From NCBI GenBank assembly GCA_027037705.1, contig JALVYZ010000237.1, forward strand, positions 1 to 35,277: a stretch of DNA of 35,277 nucleotides. Reading direction: 5' to 3'. Origin of the DNA: a bacterium. Its GTDB lineage: Bacteria > DYJV01 > JALVYZ01. Position 1 is the stretch's first letter, and every line of letters starts with the position of its first letter. Position numbers and translations under genes: made by a program. The notes below the pieces were generated by a model that saw nothing but the letters and a program-made list of their open reading frames with translations, had not been told where the DNA came from and ran no database searches. Of the stretch, positions 31,645-35,277 are shown piece by piece.

Positions 31645-34600
31645 CAAGGAGTTAACAAAATCGTCTTGAGCTCCAGGGGCCTAAACCGCAGAAGCATTTC
31701 TCCCCTTCTCGTCTCCAGGGGTTCTTGCTCCTCCTCCAAGAGGTTCGATACACTAGCCCCGCATAGCTGCGCGGCGCGGAGCCCTACCCTGATGGTCTTT
31801 GTCACCGGGTAGGGGTTGAAGAGGCGGAGGACGACATGGTTACCCCTCTCTGCTTTCTTGAACCCACCAAGTACTAGGGGCTCGCTGAGCCATAGGAACT
31901 GCTCTTCTCGGCCAGGTATACCCCCTCTCAGCACTATGGGGGCATGGATCTGCTCCTCGGCAACCAGGGGCACTTGTGCCTCCTCGTAGCCCCCTCTATG
32001 AGGGTAGAGATAGTACGTTGTCGCGAGGTCTCCGAGATCGCTCCAAGGATTAGGGAAGACGGGTGACTTGACTATGCTTAGTCCTACCCGGTCAGAGAGG
32101 ACGCTGTAGCCGTGCCTACTACGCGACACTAGGGCCAGCCCAGCACGGCCATTGCTGGTATCCATCCAGTGCAGGGCAGGCGCCTCATACATGGCTTCAC
32201 GGGGCTCACGGATAGCTAACCCATAGGGGGCCTCGGCTACGTAGCGCTCGATCCTCCAGGCGGGGTAGAACCAGGCCTTGGCTATGACTCCCTTGTCTCT
32301 CCACCCCAGCTTGGTCTCGAAGCTCAGCAGCCTAGACCCCTTTGCCAGGCAGACTCGTTGCGCGATACGGGAGCCCGAGTACTGGTAGGAGTACTCGATG
32401 CAGCTGAGCACCGCCCCGCTTAGCGTGATCCTCGGCTCCTCCTCGAGCCAGGGCTCCCAGTTCTTGGAGAGGAACCGCTTGTCAAGATCCCAGGCATCCC
32501 AGAGCCCTGGTTTATCAGGGTGAACCAGCACCCTGTTAGAGGGTGCTGCGAGTACCTCTCCGAGGCCCTTGACCTGGAGAGAGTGTAGGAGGGCGTCTCG
32601 TCGCCCTATCTTGGCTCGGAGGTACTCGTTCTCGAGTACAATGTGGTCACTTGCCTCGTAGACGCGTACCCCGTTGCGGGGCTCAGCGCAGCCCCTTGTC
32701 ACGCGGTAGGAGCGATACCCTAGCCCAGGGGCCTCTACGAGGAAGAGCTTCTCCTCGCCAGCCTCCTGGCACTCAGCTAGCTCAGCGCCATAGGCTAGCC
32801 CCTCTACGCCGCGGAGAGCTATTACTGCTCTCCTCCTCCACGGCAATGTGTTAAACACTGTTAGTGCGTCGCCCTCGCCTACTAGCTTGCTGAGGGCCTC
32901 CAGAAGGACACTTGACGCGTGCCTAGTAGCGCTGAGTAGCTCCTCCCTGGCCTCCTCGTATACTTCGCGGATAGAGGAGCCAGGCAATATATCGTGGAAA
33001 GCGTTCAGTAATACCCTTTCCCATTCCATCCCTAGCCCAGAGTACTGCTTAGCCCCTCTGAGCCATGCGAGCGTAGCCACTATCTCTGTCTCGACTAGCC
33101 TCGTCTCGGCCTCCGCGAACAACTCCTTTATCTCGAGGTTAGTGGTGTAGGTGCCCCGGTGCTTCTCTAGGTAGAGCTCACCCCTCCATACTGGTAGCTT
33201 GTCCATAATCGCTACGAGCTGGCCAAGGTACCTCTGCTCCTCGAAGCTCTCTATACGGGGCATTGTTGGCAGCTCCTTGGCTAGGCTTAGCTGCTCCAGC
33301 ATCTCTGGGGTAGGGCCTCCGCCGCCATCGCCGTAGCCGTAGAGGTAGAGACGGGGCGCTTTGTCGCCGCCAGAGTACCTTGCTAGGGACATCGGGGTGC
33401 CGGGCTCGTGATAGCTAGGTACCAGTTCAACGGCTATCCTGCTTCCATCGCTTCCTTCCCAGACGAAGACGCGGTAAGGGAACCTATTGGTATCGTTCCA
33501 TTCGAGCTTGTGTATAACCAGGGCCCTTATCCCGGCCTGGCTCAGCAACTGTGGGAGCCCAGCACTATAGCCGAAAGAGTCCGGTAACCAGCCTATGTGC
33601 GCATATCTCCCAAAGCGCTCGCGTAGATAAAGCTGGCCATAGAGAAGCTGCCTAGCCAGCGTCTCTCCCGAGACAAGGTTAGTATCGGTCTCGACAAGCA
33701 TGCCGCCAACGGGTACCCAGCGCCCAGCACCCACGAGCCTCCTTATCTTTTCGAAGAGACTAGGAGAGGCCTCCTCAACCCACTTGTAGTAGAGTGTGCT
33801 GCTCTGCACGAAGACGGCCCAGTCATACTCCTCGAGAAGATTGGTCATTGTTGAGAAGACGCGTAGAACCTTCTCCTTGGTCTCGGTGAGGGGCCATAGC
33901 CAGGCAGCGTCTATGTGGCTATGCCCAGTGATAAACACTAGGGCCTCTCTATTACTGCTAGGTAGCTTCCCGGCTACTAGGCGAATTAATTGCTCCAGCT
34001 CCTCGGCGAGCTTGTCAGGGTTAACTAGGTGCTTATACCTAGCGCGGAGGCCCTTGTTGAGGGCTTGCCAGCCGTAGCGATTAGCAAGGAACCCGTACAT
34101 AGCGGGAATACGGGGCACATCTACGCGGCCTAGGCAGAACCCGCCTAGGCACAGTCTCTGCCCAAGAAGCCTAGCAGCCATGGCTACTTGTTGCAGAGAG
34201 GGGACACCCCTAACTATCTCGAGGAGGTGCTCCTCTAGCTCCCGTAGCGCCTCCCGGGCCCATGGCTCCTTCAAGCCAGCTAGGTACTCTATGAATCCGA
34301 GAAGCCTCGTAGCAGCGGAGTAGAGGCGCCAGTTAAGCCTAGCGAGATAGGCCTCACCTATGACTATAAGGGGCTCGTATAGGCCGAAGAACGTTAGCGG
34401 CGAGACGCGTAGAGAGACGAGGTGCCTGCCTGGCGGGATAAATGCGTAGGGATGTGTCTCGTCCAGGCCCCACCAGGGCTCATTATCTAGTAGGAGGAGG
34501 GCGCTCCCGTTAAGCCCTACGTAGAGTAGCCAGCGATAGCCCTGGGGCAGCTCCTCTACATCAATAACCGTACTGGCCTCAAGTAGCTCGCCGGGGTCAA

Positions 34601-34724
34601 GCCTCGCAGTATAGGGGAGCCTAGTCCTCGCTCCGTTTACTCTCCAGGTGTCCACGGGTCTTGTCTCGGTTATGGAGTAAGCTAGTGCCTCGAAGCCTAG
34701 CCGGGCTAGCTCCTCGAGACCCAA
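31641..34724 (-). CDS. GH38 alpha-mannosidase
   Basis: 1027 aa. It carries the GH38 signature FITGHSHIDAAWLWP, and its size is typical of archaeal GH38 enzymes. Confidence 0.85.
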   Translation of the reverse strand: MGLEELARLGFEALAYSITETRPVDTWRVNGARTRLPYTARLDPGELLEASTVIDVEELPQGYRWLLYVGLNGSALLLLDNEPWWGLDETHPYAFIPPGRHLVSLRVSPLTFFGLYEPLIVIGEAYLARLNWRLYSAATRLLGFIEYLAGLKEPWAREALRELEEHLLEIVRGVPSLQQVAMAARLLGQRLCLGGFCLGRVDVPRIPAMYGFLANRYGWQALNKGLRARYKHLVNPDKLAEELEQLIRLVAGKLPSSNREALVFITGHSHIDAAWLWPLTETKEKVLRVFSTMTNLLEEYDWAVFVQSSTLYYKWVEEASPSLFEKIRRLVGAGRWVPVGGMLVETDTNLVSGETLARQLLYGQLYLRERFGRYAHIGWLPDSFGYSAGLPQLLSQAGIRALVIHKLEWNDTNRFPYRVFVWEGSDGSRIAVELVPSYHEPGTPMSLARYSGGDKAPRLYLYGYGDGGGGPTPEMLEQLSLAKELPTMPRIESFEEQRYLGQLVAIMDKLPVWRGELYLEKHRGTYTTNLEIKELFAEAETRLVETEIVATLAWLRGAKQYSGLGMEWERVLLNAFHDILPGSSIREVYEEAREELLSATRHASSVLLEALSKLVGEGDALTVFNTLPWRRRAVIALRGVEGLAYGAELAECQEAGEEKLFLVEAPGLGYRSYRVTRGCAEPRNGVRVYEASDHIVLENEYLRAKIGRRDALLHSLQVKGLGEVLAAPSNRVLVHPDKPGLWDAWDLDKRFLSKNWEPWLEEEPRITLSGAVLSCIEYSYQYSGSRIAQRVCLAKGSRLLSFETKLGWRDKGVIAKAWFYPAWRIERYVAEAPYGLAIREPREAMYEAPALHWMDTSNGRAGLALVSRSRHGYSVLSDRVGLSIVKSPVFPNPWSDLGDLATTYYLYPHRGGYEEAQVPLVAEEQIHAPIVLRGGIPGREEQFLWLSEPLVLGGFKKAERGNHVVLRLFNPYPVTKTIRVGLRAAQLCGASVSNLLEEEQEPLETRRGEMLLRFRPLELKTILLTPC

Positions 34725-34751
34725 GCCTGCTGCTCCCCTATGCCGTGGAGG

Positions 34752-35277
34752 CTAGGATATCTCTGTCCTTATTCTCGGGTTGAATAGCTCGTCGACAGCG
34801 TAGGAGAATAGTAGGAGGCCTAGCTGGAGCCCGACTATCGCGCCTATAGGTGCTAGTATGTAGTGAATTGTCTCTAGGCTCTGGTGAGCCCCCGCCTGGG
34901 CGTAGGCCATGTTGAGCATTATTCCCCAGTTAAACGCCGTGAACGGGAGTATCCCGAGGAAGTATAGGCCCACGGAGCCATATATCGCGCCTATCGTTGC
35001 GAATATGAAGTTCACCGCTATGAAGCTCATAAGGTTCGGCATTATCTCGCGGAACACTATGTGCCACATAGGCAGCCCTAGTGCCTGCGCAGCCTCAACG
35101 AACTCCGTGTGCTTGAGTGCCAGCACAGCTGACCTTATGCTACGCGCCAGCCCTGTCCACGCATTTATGCTGAGCATGAGGCCTATCACGAAGGGGCTCG
35201 ATGTACGAATAATCGTTGCCAAGACTATTAGCAAGGGGAGACCAGGTATAGTCATGAGTATATCTGTTATCCCCATG
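34752..35277 (-). CDS. ABC transporter permease (DppC/OppC-like), 3' part; gene continues beyond the window
   Basis: EAA-loop region TEFVEAAQALGLPMWHIVFREIMPN, with multiple TM helices. The ORF is open to the window edge. Confidence 0.8.
   Translation of the reverse strand, partial: MGITDILMTIPGLPLLIVLATIIRTSSPFVIGLMLSINAWTGLARSIRSAVLALKHTEFVEAAQALGLPMWHIVFREIMPNLMSFIAVNFIFATIGAIYGSVGLYFLGILPFTAFNWGIMLNMAYAQAGAHQSLETIHYILAPIGAIVGLQLGLLLFSYAVDELFNPRIRTEIS

Overview
GC-rich archaeal sequence. The csa-type cas genes, a PaREP1-like gene and repeats ending in GAAAG suggest a hyperthermophilic crenarchaeon; this is an inference, not verified. Positions 1-24200 form a composite CRISPR-Cas supercluster. 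It contains, in order: the 3' end of cas4; csa3 (CARF-wHTH regulator, minus strand); a complete type I-A interference operon (csa5-cas7-cas5a-cas8a-cas3'-cas3''); leader plus CRISPR array 1 (8 repeats, plus strand); a 5.6 kb island of six uncharacterised genes with visibly lower G+C (8428-14028); a Csm-like type III operon (small subunit?-csm3-csm4-csm5-cas10); CRISPR array 2 (11 repeats, minus strand); two near-identical inverted leaders bracketing a 1.65 kb cassette with a PaREP1/HEPN-like gene; and CRISPR array 3 (8 repeats, plus strand). The remainder (24200-35277) holds low-confidence small ORFs, one intact VapBC pair, one RHH antitoxin with a decayed VapC, membrane and secreted proteins, a wHTH regulator, and a mannoside-utilisation cluster (GH130, GH38 alpha-mannosidase, partial ABC permease). 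The best candidate for something undescribed is the six-gene island wedged between the type I-A array and the type III operon. It has two parts. One is a three-gene overlapping operon (unknown, ABC/AAA_21-like ATPase, Cys-rich protein with a weak palm/cyclase-like motif) that shares a palindromic TATA element with the type III operon. The other is a pair of large unknown proteins, one with a CARF-like C-terminal Rossmann pattern and an Rx5H motif. This matters because the type III module has an apparently active Cas10 cyclase (GGDD) but no recognisable cOA effector in the window. Other notable points are a cas10 HD motif that lies upstream of any canonical in-frame start, and modular (mosaic) repeat variants shared among the three arrays. 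No tRNA, rRNA or transposase was recognised. All protein-family calls come from motif reading by eye, not database searches.
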